From positions 434,001-498,000 of the forward strand of contig NW_026782685.1 of the NCBI RefSeq assembly GCF_031769215.1: a stretch of 64,000 nucleotides of DNA. The letters are read 5' to 3'. Numbering within the stretch: the stretch's first letter is position 1; the number at the start of each line of letters is the position of its first letter. This stretch comes from Ylistrum balloti. Lineage: Eukaryota. The notes under the pieces are model-generated. The model had not been told where the DNA came from. It was given only the letters and a program-made list of their open reading frames with translations, and searched no databases. The position numbers and the translations under genes are program-made. Positions 14,060 through 26,639 of this stretch are shown here, in pieces.

Positions 14060-14800
14060 TCTAAAACACATAAAACCTAAGCAAAGTACATGGAGAATAA
14101 GACTTAGGTGTTCCGAAAGAGTGAGCGTTTTTTGTTTCATGTCACGTTCTCAAATAAGAACAAGGTATACAACAATGGAATCAATAGGCAAACGAACGAG
14201 CTTCGAACATGATCATCTTCATATCACACAAAGAAATAGAATATTTCCAAATGCGATCATTATGGCGACCATAAAACTTTATTTTCATAAACCTGCGGAA
14301 CATTGTGTTACGAGTTTGTCCGTCAGTTGACACGAAAATCATGATTATGGGGACAGAATCTTGAATATCGAAATCAGCTGTGATATATAAATAATATAGA
14401 TTGGAGATGCAGGTATTTCATTATCCAGAAATGGAAAATTCACAATAGGGAAATTGAAATAATCACGGTTATCATACAGCTTGGTTTCGTTGTAGGAAAA
14501 GATCGAGATACAAGACAGAGACCATATATACTATGGACGTGGTCAACAAATTTCTTGTTATTTATTGACAAGACGTCATCAATTTATCCGAACGTAAAAT
14601 TAAACGACTTAGCAAGGTCTTTGTGGACCCTTTTGATAAATTCTTTAATAGATTAAGCCTCGTATGAAAACAAAAACGAGTAAGGTAACAGAGGTGCGCT
14701 GTTAGGTATGCCAGTAGTCTATTGGAAGATTTTCAAACCAAACTCGCCGAAGATGTTATGAACCAAGAACATGATCATTTTTATGATTTCGTCCATCGTA
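14060..14800 (-). mobile_element. Decayed Penelope-like element (Naiad-type) RT C-terminal fragment plus 3' end
   Basis: The minus strand translates to TKLYDNRDYFNFPIVNFPFLDNEIPASPIYIIYISQLI. The shared 3' motif is at 14101-14150. Confidence 0.8.
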
Positions 14801-15889
14801 TATTTCTTCTTTAATTTATACTTTTTTTTTAAATACGAAATTCGTTACCGTATATTTCACAATGTTTATACCACCGTTCACGTTTTTTGGAGAGGAAAGC
14901 CCTCAAAGCAAGAGAGCAAAAGCGATCCTTTAGTTTAGAATGGAGTATGGAGGTTTGGAGGGCGGAAAAATAAAGTGTTCTTACATAAGAAATGTTTTTT
15001 GAAGAATAAATCATCCGCATACCTCATCACATTCTCTTTTAAAAATATCTTTCCGATGGAAAATTGTGCGCAGGTATATGTGGATTGTCCTATGTTATTA
15101 ACCACACCGATTATTACAGAAAAAACTAAGGATGACCTTACCGCTTACAGTATGACAAGTGAATTGAAGTTTCACATTTACAGTGCTTGTGTCAATTATA
15201 TTTTCATTATCTCATTTGGAAATATTTCTTTCCTCCAAAAATATTTTTCACGCATGGCAATGAAGTCTCGTCAATAATGTTAAAAACTGAAGGTGGGAAC
15301 AACTGTGCAGAAAGAAATAGCAGGTTAGGAATAGAGTGTAAACATTGAAAGCGGTATTATAACATATTTCTTATTTCTTATTAGTATTTGTCTGCTTATA
15401 GAAAAGATAAGGGCAGGTATAATTGAATAACTAATACAGCAAAAGGTTATGAAGTCTTGTTTATATTTACGTTCAAACACCAATCAAACACCGATCAATA
15501 GACACAAAAATGATTAGACATGTGTTAAAAAACACATAAAAAAAAACACACACACACGAAAAACCTAATCAACATATTCATATTTCAAAACTCAAATTCA
15601 ATAAGACAATAATTACCAGTATAAGTTTTACTTTTTAATTTTTTCCCTTTAATCGTATCCCAGGTCTTAACAATTTTAGTCTGTAACTTCAATGACGAAT
15701 CATACTAAGATGAAAGATTTGTATGCCACAATTCAAATCTTGATTCGATTTTACTACACTCAAGTCTCAATTTGTGTATAAAAGTAGTATTCATTTGTTT
15801 TATATATCTGTTGTACAAGTTTTAAAACGAGTTTCAAGTGATATACCAGTGCAAATAATAATAATTCAAATACTTAGATTTGTATCACA

Positions 15890-16735
15890 TAATCAGAGTA
15901 GTGACACACCACGTGTAAATTGACCTGTACACATCAAACAAATGCAAATTATGAATACATAAACTAATGTCCCATGCTAAGAATTCTTTTCGAGTTTGAA
16001 TTAAAAGAATTTTTGCTCAAGATTGTTCTATATAAAATTCATTCAGGAAAGTAGAACATTCGAATTGCAGTCAATTTGTCCCAGGTGTGGTCCCGCCCAT
16101 CAACCCCTATGGGGTTAGTAAATAAAAACATTCTCACCACATTTGAATTATTCCTGAAAGAAAATAAACAAATTATTCCTGACAAAATGTAATTTTCCCC
16201 CAACCCGGAGAGGAATGTGAGACCCTGAAGTCATGCAATTTATTATTTTAATAAAGCAACGTAGGACACCTCCATCCATGAAGAGTATTTGTATTCTTAA
16301 ACTTATCATTTTAACCAGGTTTTAATTCATTCCAATAGAAAATAAACAAACATCATTTTTGCATATAAACTATAGTACATTGCACCCCGTTCCCTGGGCG
16401 GAATGTGAGACCCTAGGGTCATGAAAATTACAATTTTGGTAAAGTATCGGAAGGTCTCTTCGTGACAAGAACTTAATTCTACATTACCTGGAATTTGAGA
16501 TATTTGAAATTTCAATTATTTTGATCCCGCAACTAAGGCGCTGGACAAACCTGGGGACTGGAGACCATATAATTTACTATTCTGGTGCGCCCTTAGTCAG
16601 TGTTTGTAAAATTTCACTGAAATAGGTTCAGGTTCGGTTTCAGTCGAAAATGTTAAAAGTTTACGACGCACGACGCAGGACAAAGGGTGATCGCGATAGG
16701 CCACTATGAGACTTTGTCACAGTGACCTTTAAAAT
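15890..16735 (+). mobile_element. Non-autonomous Helentron-associated (HINE/DINE-like) element, probable
   Basis: It has an internal duplicated block (cggagaggaatgtgagaccctgaagtcatg / gggcggaatgtgagaccctagggtcatg). The 3' end acgacgcacgacgcaggac...gcgataggccac...gtcacagtgacctttaaaa has a terminal GTCAC/GTGAC palindrome and an A tail, as in bivalve HINEs. The 5' boundary is uncertain. Confidence 0.55.
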
Positions 16736-17069
16736 AAGAATTTATAGTGTTAATTGCTTTTTAAAAAAATCAACAAAATTGAATTAATAACTAATTTAAC
16801 AATAACGTGTTCAACAAACTACAATATTAGTCAAATTATAAAATATAACGAGAATTCTTGATATACTTTAACTATAAGACAATAACAGGCATATACTTAA
16901 ACAAAATGACAGCATGTCGTGCAAACTCCATAGTATGTAACATATATCATTGATTGTTGTAATTTTGCTAGGATTTCTATGGTAAGAATTCGAGTTATGG
17001 TAGTGGATATAGCGTTACTGTAGACTTCGCTGTACATTGTATTTGGATTTCCATAATTGTCCAACAGTG

Positions 17070-20000
17070 TCATTGTGTTATAATTCCATCACATTGCTGT
17101 TGACTTTCCTCTTTGAACAGTTTATCATTTTCTGGAGAAATAAATGCTTCAGTAGGATGAGAAACTTGATGGAACACTTCAGACGCCAATCCTAAGACTG
17201 CAGCTATAATTGCTGAAGAACCTGAATGATAAAGTTAAAACTTTATACAAAACTGTTATGCATGTTATGTCAATTAGTCTACTCGAAAATCTGTTTGATT
17301 GAATATTAAAGACATGTTCAGTCTTGCAGATTTCACTGAATTTTATGCTAAATTATATTGAAGTGTATGATCTGAAAATATGAATCATTAAACATTTTTG
17401 TTTTATTTTCTTAATTTTGATATTTGATATTAAATTTAGTACTGCAATGAGGGTTGTCCGTAGGTTATGCAGAATACAGGGAAAAAATATTAGCGAACAT
17501 GCAGTACCTGCTAAAAAGAAGGAAGCTTCATAGGTCCCTCCTGAATCCAATATAAACCCTAAACGATAAGATATTAAATATCACACGAGAGACAAAAGAT
17601 ATAGCAAATAAGTCAAAGCAGTCAAATGCATGGAAACAGATTATACAATATCTGAAATGTTTAAATCGTCACAAGGCACAATAAGATACATTATTTCATA
17701 CAAAACATTTCTGCATCTAAACTTACTATATGTTTTTTTTTGTTTTGTTTATGTAAAAGGTTTTGAATATTATGCTTCCCGAAAATGTCCGCAAAAGGCA
17801 TTTCAGATATCAAATATTGAACAAAGCTTATATCATTCGTGTAGTGATGTATCTTTCCAGTATAATGTTTTGTATCTATAATCAATGCTGACGATGCATT
17901 ATGAATTTAACTCTAGATACAACATAAACAAAAAATTAATTAAAGACCGTCATACAATTGCTTCTTCCTTTCAGAATGTTTTTTGATAGATCCATAATTC
18001 AATACATATTAAATTTCACAACTTGAAGATATCGGTACTAAATAATTACATTTACACTGGTATATTTTTAATTGTGCGTACCAATATTCAAATGAATCAA
18101 ATCGTGACATACATGATGCAACGCCTTTATTGATGTTACATGTTAATGACAAACGCCTTACTCAGAACAGAAATTAAACTCACCAGCTATTGGGGGTCCT
18201 ATCAGGGTCCCTACACCAGTGAATGTCATCTCGATTCCAAACGCTGTTGCTAAATTTTTCAATCCCACTAGATTAGGTGTGATAGTGGCTAATAATACAT
18301 AACAACATCCGGAATACGTTCCTAAAAATGCAGCATAGATGGCTTGTCCAACAAAGTTCGAACCATAAAAAGGAAATAGCATTGTTGATATTCCAAGCAA
18401 TGAAAATGTTCCAAAATAGAGAATTATAGTTGAGATATGTTCTGAATTGCCAGCAAAACCTATAAATAATCTAGATACACAGTTCATTATACCAGTAATG
18501 GACATTAAAAAAGAAGCCTCAAAACCCGATGTACCTCGAGATATTGCAAAATTAGGAAGATGTACATACATCAGATAAATACCTACATGGCTGGAAAAGA
18601 GACTTAAACATATCAGAAAAAATGGTATATTAGCAAATACCTTGACCCTTTCATAAATCCGTTTCTTTTTTGATAAGCTCAGGGAAGACACTGATAAGTT
18701 TATATCAGCCAAATGTCTTTCCACTTTGTAATATTCAAGATAAGAAGGAAAACACAACGCCCCAAATACAGACATATTAAGAGCGATGCCTGCCATTACA
18801 AAGAAAACCCCACAATTTCCATACTGTTCCCTGGCAAGCTGGATCACCGGAGATAGAATGAAAACCCCTACGCCTGCACCACAGGACGCAAATCCAGTTG
18901 CTATGCTTCTCTTTTTCTCGAAATTCAGTCCCACTACAACGATTCCTGTGGTGTAAATAATACCTGATCCACTTCCTGATAAGCAAAACCAAAGTCGCAT
19001 TACATATTTTACACACATTCTGTCTCAACTCCTCTTATATAGGAGAGAAAGTACATGCACATTTAATATCATAAGACATAGTAAACTGAAAAGTTGTTGG
19101 ATTGTTAATTATCGTATTATAACCATAAGATCAAAGTTTAAAAAACAACAGAGTTGTCTACCATAATTTAAAATTGATTAGTCGGTCAACACTAAATTTA
19201 TGATTGTATGTATGTATGGTATGTATGTATGTATGTTTATGGTGTATGGTGTATTATGTTTATGTCTGACCACCATGTTGTCTAGGGAGAAGACTTATAT
19301 AGGCTCTAGCCTGCTGTCGTAAAACGTCCAAATGGAAAATAAACACAGAAGAGAAAGTTATCGTCCATTTCACAACTTAAATTGGTGCAAAACTATGAAT
19401 TAAACTTCGAACCATCAAAGAACATCTTTTACAATATGAAATATCAGAATAATGTTACAGATCGAAAGTTACACAAAGTAAATTGCAGTAAATTAAAAAT
19501 GAAATTACTGGATATTAACAACTGAACGTTTGAAAATATCTAACGAATGTTTCGTTATATGCTAATAACAAGAAATAATGAGTTTAGAATAAAACTGCAA
19601 GACAACCTCAATTTCTTCAGCAATCATTTCTATTTGTCAAAAGCCTACCTGCTACAAATCCGTATACGAGAAATATAAGCGACAAGGACTTCACGAACAC
19701 ACATGCAATCAATCCTGATGTCATAATCACGGATCCAATTAAGAAAGCTGTCCTACATCCCCATCTATTTATAATCCAACTTCCAATCACACCTGAAAGT
19801 AAAATGAAGTACGGCGTATTGTACATAATTAGTAAAGATGTCCTACACCCCTCTGTATTTATGATCCAACTGCCGATCACACCTGAAAGCAGAATGAAGT
19901 ACGGCGTATTGTACATATATTTTTTTAAAAATTATAATATGCTGTAAATTATGTAAAAAGGATAAGAAGCATAGTATCGATTTCATGATTGTTTCAAGGT

Positions 20001-21695
20001 ATGTTCAGATACAGATCACCAGGTGCGAAGTATTTATGATTTTTTATCTGAAGAACATTTCCAAAACGATCTTATTCAAAGCAAACAGAAAATACCAACA
20101 TGTGAACATAATCATAATCGAAACCCAAATTCAAATTGAATAAATCTATATATTTACATATTTTAATGATTTTGGGGCTGCTGCATCCCCCCGGTCATGA
20201 TTTTGACGTTTCTTTAGGTCATTTTGAGCCTCCTAGGCTTCAAAGTTGAAGTCCTTAGCATTAATGACTGGTCCTAGGAGGACGAAACAGCTGTTTGGCT
20301 CTACTGTATCTTACTCTAAATTATAACGAAGGTGATATTCACTTGTCTACAATCTTTAATAAATCTGCACTTACATATCTTTCTACACAGCAAACTCCTA
20401 TCCATGACTGGGAAAATTCCAAAATACTCGACAGAGGAAATAACCTTTTCGGGCGGTTGGAAAAGGAGGCCATTCGGACACGCCGCAGCGGTCCAATACT
20501 AAACAGGGACGAGGGGGACCAAAGAAAAATGTTAGATAGCCGTAGCCTAATTGACTATGGTACATTGTTACCATCTTGTGTATTTTCTGGTCTTTAATTT
20601 GTTTACTATTTCGTCACACAGTTTTTTTAATGCACCATAGGATTATAGTACCACAGAAAAGTTGGTCGATTCCTTACCATCTCGTACACTAAGTACGTTT
20701 CTGCTAGAACGCTACACACTGGACATTTGTCTGATGGAGGTGTCAGTGCCACACTCTAATCTTCTACTGGCTGTGTCATGTTTCTATTTCATCTTCATAC
20801 ATGTCTTTTTAATTTAAGGCTTCCTTTGCACAATGTGTTATCAACCAAGAGAAGTATACTGACATATGGAGTTATATACCTGTAAACTAACACTAACGTA
20901 GCATTGTACTGTACAAGCAGTTAACTCTGTGCACATTTAAACACATTGTCACTTTTGTATCCCAAAGACATTATTGTAAACACGTATACACACAATTACT
21001 TCATTATTTGTTGCATTTTAATTTTGCGGTTTGGCGAAAGCTTCGCAAACAAAATGAAGCAGCACCAGTTATACTGGATTGTCAAGCCCAACGATTTGTT
21101 TCCAATGTCCTACCTCAAAGCATAATGACTTAATTAGAATCTGAAAATGTTTGATATCTGACGCTATATAATGCTTGATATCTGGCCCAGATGTATATCG
21201 CTTGCTGGTAATGACACAGCTGTTTGATCTAAAAATTGAGAGCAGAAATGATGTCCTCAGTGTACAAAGCATTTCAACACATGTTTAATCCACCAAGTAA
21301 TAAAATTGAAATTGAAATAAGAGAACACCATTCAGTTGAATACATCGTGATACAGAGTGAAAATCCTGTATACACGTGACTAAGTGTTAATGTGAGTAGT
21401 GTTTTAACAACATCAAGCTTCTGAATAACAGAGTGAAAATCCTGTATACACATGTAATGCACGTTATTAAGTTTGACTGTGTTAGTGTTGGTTTAACAAT
21501 ACCTGCAGACGACATGAAGAAGATAAAGATTCCACCAGCCCATGATGTAAGCGACACACTTCTGTTGAATCTGTCAAGTAGTGAGACTTGAATGATGCCA
21601 GCTCCGTACAGAATGCTACCATTGAGTCCGTGAATAAAAAACGACGCTACCATGACAACCCAGGACCAACCTTTGTCTGGCCTTGTTAGTCTCAT
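17070..21695 (-). CDS. SLC16/monocarboxylate transporter-like MFS protein (gene A), 5 coding exons, 443 aa
   Basis: Exons are 21695-21503 (193 bp), 19792-19649 (144), 18975-18184 (792), 17558-17508 (51) and 17221-17070 (152). All introns are GT-AG, phase 1, and the total is 1332 bp in frame with a TGA stop. It has the SLC16 N-terminal signature PDKGWSWVV, INRWGCR, NFEKKRSIATG and GPPIAG. Confidence 0.93.
19206..19265. repeat. Imperfect (TATG)n microsatellite in intron 2 of gene A
   Basis: gtatgtatgtatggtatgtatgtatgtatg... Confidence 0.8.
19737..19916 (-). repeat. 90-bp tandem duplication spanning the intron 1/exon 2 acceptor of gene A
   Basis: The two copies are 19737-19826 and 19827-19916, about 87% identical by eye. 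Each contains tacaatacgccgtacttcatt.t.ctttcag|gtgtgat.gg. Confidence 0.93.
20200..20520 (+). mobile_element. Penelope-type fragment: GIY-YIG endonuclease C-terminus preceded by pLTR-like sequence with a decayed hammerhead-like motif
   Basis: The ORF 20295-20597 contains HDWENSKILDRGNNLFGRLEKEAIRTRRSGPILNRDEG, matching the typical PLE endonuclease tail (H.IDW....ILD.E.....R..KEAI.I......NRDEG). The upstream motif at 20255-20300 is described in the findings. It lies antisense in intron 1 of gene A. Confidence 0.7.
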
Positions 21696-23739
21696 GACAT
21701 TGAATTGATGGAAGGCTCGTGTATCACTGGAAGTAAATAAACACAATACGGATGTGAACTTGACATTGGTACATAGCTATGCATGATCTACATTAAATGG
21801 GGTCATTAGACCATGAAATACGTACGTTTTCAAATATAAGACTTTGAATGAATAGTTTTACATTATAAACATATATCGTTATCGATTCGGCACGAATGTC
21901 TGATTGATTCATGCAATATTTATAGGCTTTCCATAATTGTATACAGTTCAAACATGTTCAATATATTCACCTTAATAGTTTGAATATAAAAAATGTATCA
22001 GACATTTAAAACCAATTTTTTTTTCTCAATTATATTGCTTGGAATTTTAGTAAATAATAAAAGAAAGGTTAATATATCTGTAATTATAGTATTTTATACC
22101 TTCATTTTCTTTTGAGGCACTTACAATTACAGTCTACAGACACGCCCTTAATCAAATGTCATGATCTGTCAATCTTTCACCTTGTGAAGGCTACAAAGAC
22201 CGGACATTAGTATAGTATGACATTCGGAGGTATTTTGATGTCCTTTTATTAATTTGCAGTAATGCAAACTGAATTTGTACCAATCGGCCATACGTTTGAA
22301 AAAAGACGTAAACGTATTTGATAGTAATTTATTTTTCCTCCTTACAGGACGAACTGTGCCCCGTGGATGATTGCTCGACTATAATAACACCTAACTTATT
22401 GATTATCGATCTGTACTGGTGATGTTATATACACTACTACAATTAGAAAGAAAACATCAGTTCATTTATACCACAGATAAAAATATCGATCAGACACTGG
22501 TTGATTTATATATCTACATGTTGAAACACTATGTCGACAACTATACCAGGATGAATTTTGTATAATGTATCTTCTTTGAGTCTGGTATAGAGGACTTGCA
22601 AATAAGTCCTGAACCAGAAATAAACTTATCTTATTAAACAATATATCCAGTCGTATTTACGATAATCCTGGTATGTAAGTATACACTTACCTGTGTGATG
22701 TGCGGACAGGTTGTCTTATAACTCGTCAAGCCAGATGATCGTGTTTACCTACAGTAATGTTGTATATATACAAAAGTCTGGTTACTGGGTATGTCCTATA
22801 CGCAACATACCTGATTTACAATGACGAGGTGTCCTTAAAGTACATCGGGCATTTAAATAGAAAATGTTTTCACTAACCATTTGATATGGAAATAAAGGAA
22901 TTCTACGCCTATCATAACGAATGTTAAAACATACATTAAATGAAAATACTGGTTTTAATAGTTGATATTCTAATAAGATTTAACAATTGATAGAAAAATG
23001 GTAATACAGGAGAGAAAGCGTCAAGTCCATCAATGTCTCTATCTATACCGTTTATCTTACAGCACAGTGCATATCTCTCTTCTTAATGCCTCAATGAGCC
23101 TAATTAAAATAATGTGAAAATAACCCTCTTTAACAACTTACTTGCGAGATGAAAGAGGTATTCAGGCGAGCATTTAAATGTGAATTCAATATTATCCAAA
23201 CACACGAACATTTTCTAAACATTTAACAAGCACCTTTATTGGACAGCATTCATATATAAGGACACAGAAGAATAACGACTTTTGAACGAGAAGAAATATG
23301 TGTATTGCTATTTGCACATATCATTATTGAAGCAGCCAATGCTTAAATACTTATAAAGGTAAATATCGCATTTCAGTGACGTCATTTTACATCTGGAAAT
23401 TCGGTAGAGGATCTTTCTGGTGAAGTATTGGGAATCATTTTCTGATACCTTTACAGAGTGTGAATGGTTCGGATATCAGTGTACAAAATTTTTACCGTCT
23501 GTCATCGTTACGTCGGCGTTTTATTTATCTGTTATAATATCACTGATCAATCCACTCTCTCAAGGTTTCAGAAAACCCTACAATTACATTGAAAATATCA
23601 AACGAGAAATGTGAAAGTTATAAAATCATTTTACATAACGAATTGGGTATACTTATCAGGGTCTGTAATCAGTTGAAAAGTACTAGATACGTTTGTTGTC
23701 GAACTGAAAAAATATTCTACGTCATTGCATTGTATGAAG

Positions 23740-23990
23740 CTAGATGTCTTTGATGCTCAATGGTTTGCCTGTTGGTTCCGTTGTTGTGTACCTTGTTATC
23801 AAATGAACACGTTACTTACTTGGATTGACCAAGGTTTACATAACGTGTGTCGCCAATGAAGTAGAAGACGCTTACTCTTCCGGAACACCTGGTCTTAATC
23901 TTCTTGAACTTTTTCAGATGTCTACTCGTAAATATCTCTTTTTTTCTATTCTGGTCTATTACATTTGAGTTTTGATTTTGGTTATGTTAA
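23740..23990 (+). mobile_element. Solo 3'-end fragment of the Naiad-type PLE family
   Basis: gtcgccaatgaagtagaagacgcttactcttccggaacacctggtc (23849-23894) and its flanks match the reverse complement of 14100-14200 and 57300-57420. Confidence 0.65.
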
Positions 23991-24544
23991 CATGTTGATA
24001 TTTCCCTGTTGAAATTTGTAAAATTCTAGGTTACCTTAAAAATGACGTACCCTGTGTTTATATACCCATTTAAGGTTTTTAGCGTTTGTCTTTTACCTGT
24101 CAGTTTGTTTAATGTTATTTCCTTTTGGATCGCTGTGTGTTTTACCGTTTGATAGCACTAATGACCTTTCATGTGTTGACGGGCGGTAAAGAATGTAATA
24201 ATAATGATAATGGTATTTCCTTGTTGTTTTATAACAAACATTCACAGAAGAAAAACACATCTTATTTAGATATTGCTAGATCGTGTCGTCACTGATTGGC
24301 TAAACATGAAAAATACTGATATCGTAAACATTCTAACTTTTACTATAGAAAAAAGACATCTTGCCTGAAAAAAATGACAAGTGAAATTGCCGATCTCATT
24401 TGTGCTGAATGCGTAAAGTCATGTGGAATCGCAAATTGATCGTCTTCAACCAGCGTTCAACTACATGTAGGATAAATATGCCACCTGGTGAACACGCAAG
24501 CGTATTTATGATTCCGTTAGTCCCTCGTGACAGCATAGACACTG

Positions 24545-24722
24545 GTGTTAGGTAAATCCTTCATACACTTCAACACACTCTCTCCCACACACCCTCACAC
24601 ACACACCCCTCTCTCTCTCTCTAACACACCCTCCCTCACCAAACAGACACATCACTACCACACCCTCTTTCACACACCCTCATACACACCTCTCCCTCAC
24701 ATCCTCCTTCACCAGCCATACA
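24545..24722. repeat. C/A/T-rich low-complexity tract (CA/CT microsatellite decay)
   Basis: Almost free of G, with cacacacccctctctctctctctaacacacc... The overlapping 64-aa ORF is compositional. Confidence 0.8.
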
Positions 24723-25989
24723 CTTACCGGTTTATGTAACAAACGAGGTAAAGAAACAAATACCGGAAGCAGCGAAATTAACGATGGGCGTGGAATAATG
24801 AACATGTCTAAAACTATCGCCAAAGCTTGAGACACAAAAGTGCCACGTCCTCATCGTGGTTTCCACAATCTGAGGTACACACCAGTTTGATGTAACTGTC
24901 ATATACAAAAAAATAAAACATGAGATACACGCGCTCACATCAAAACACTTTACATAGCAAAGAAAATTTTGATAAAGATATATGTCTAAATAACGTATTC
25001 ATTACAGCACGAAAAGGCCACGATAACGAGATAATGGCAACACAATACCTCACTACAGTGGCAACACTCATTGAGGTAAGTTCGGTACATGGAAATCTCA
25101 TCTTACAAACACAGTGTAGTAACACCAGACAAGCTTAGCGAGGTCCATGGAAATTACCTCACTTTAGTGAAATGCTGTTAGCGCAGTGTGTAATATCACA
25201 GCGGCTAAGCGAAATACTTGAAAATTACCTGAGCGGCGTTTGCTATGTCACCAACTTGAAGATCACGGAGTCGACACACTGTGCAACACTTCAATGTGAC
25301 TTTAAGATCCGATTTTCTACGCAGAAATCGGAGGCGGCAAAGTGAAGTAACGAATAAAATTTCCTCGCTTTTATTATATACATTACTTCTTGACTGTATT
25401 GTCATACTTTGTACCTTGTACCTTTTGCCAAATGACTATAATGACACGTTCGATCACGCAGTGTATCCGCTGTAACTTCAGGTCCTTTTGAGACAATGAG
25501 ACCGGAGTTCGGCCAGCAATGTTACCTAAGATCATAAAAAGCACCGCTTTACTTCCGTCCTGTCACCGCTGTGTTTGTTTCGCGGTTTTACACTTCCCGT
25601 ATAGCTATATCCGGTGTACGATGATAGACAGAGGTCATGATGTATTTGAACATTTGTAAGAGGGACGTCATTCGATTGAATATTACAACGTAGTGAGTTC
25701 GATGATACTGGCCGGGGTGCTAGCTGTTAGCTGTGTGGTTGATATAATTGATAAGGGGTATGGTTTGGCTCAGAGGTTTGCTGCCAGTAGGTCACGGTTG
25801 TTCATGTGTGGAGTAGTTTGGGTTATATGTTAGTATGCAGGAAGGTCATAGAAAAGTATTTGTAAGTTCGATGTTAAATTTTGTGGGGTATCAATGTAAA
25901 AAGGATAGAAGTTATTGATTGCTAGTTTGCAAGTATGGTTGGGTTGGGCAATGATGCACATGATTACGTCTAGCTCGACTAATTATTCT

Positions 25990-26130
25990 AACTCTGTACG
26001 CCACGTAAATCCCATACTAAGAACCCTCGACTACCAGTATTCGGTGTACGTCACGTAAATCCCACAATAAGAACCCTCGACTACCAGTATTCTGTGTACA
26101 CCACGTAAATCCCACAATAAGAACTCTCGC
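25990..26130. repeat. 50-bp tandem repeat, about 3 copies
   Basis: cacgtaaatccca starts at 26002, 26052 and 26102. Confidence 0.9.
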
Positions 26131-26639
26131 GCGCTCCCAACCGTACTAGCAAGATTACTGAATATTTATTAGTGAAAGCGATGTTTGTGGTTGGACAATT
26201 ATTGATGGCTTTTTTATTTATGAAGGAGTGGTATTTGCGTAATTCATCCTAGAAGGTAGAGCATTAGCGTATATAATCTTAGAATTTAGAAATTAATGTG
26301 TCTAAGTAAGTTAAAGATGCCTTTGATCTTAGATGGCGGGCTGTCACGTGTGTTGCACTGAGTAGGTGTACGTGTTTTTGATCTTGATCTTAGTGTATTT
26401 GGTCATAGAAGGTAGAGTTTGAGAGAATAGGATAATGGGAGGCGGTGTGTTTGTGTGTTTGACCTTAGAAAAAGGTTGAGAGCATGTTTGAAGGAGGGGA
26501 ACAAGAATATTTGGTCAGAAAAGGTTTGTTATAAGTTATTTGAACATAGAAGACGGGGCGTCAGTGTGTTTTGATATTAAATGAAAGAATATAATAAATA
26601 CGTAGATATTTGTTGGTGATATGTTTTAAGTGTGTGATC

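Noticed and set aside
23377-23384. TGACGTCA upstream of gene A as a CRE
   Set aside because: The transcription start is unknown and a single octamer is near chance expectation.
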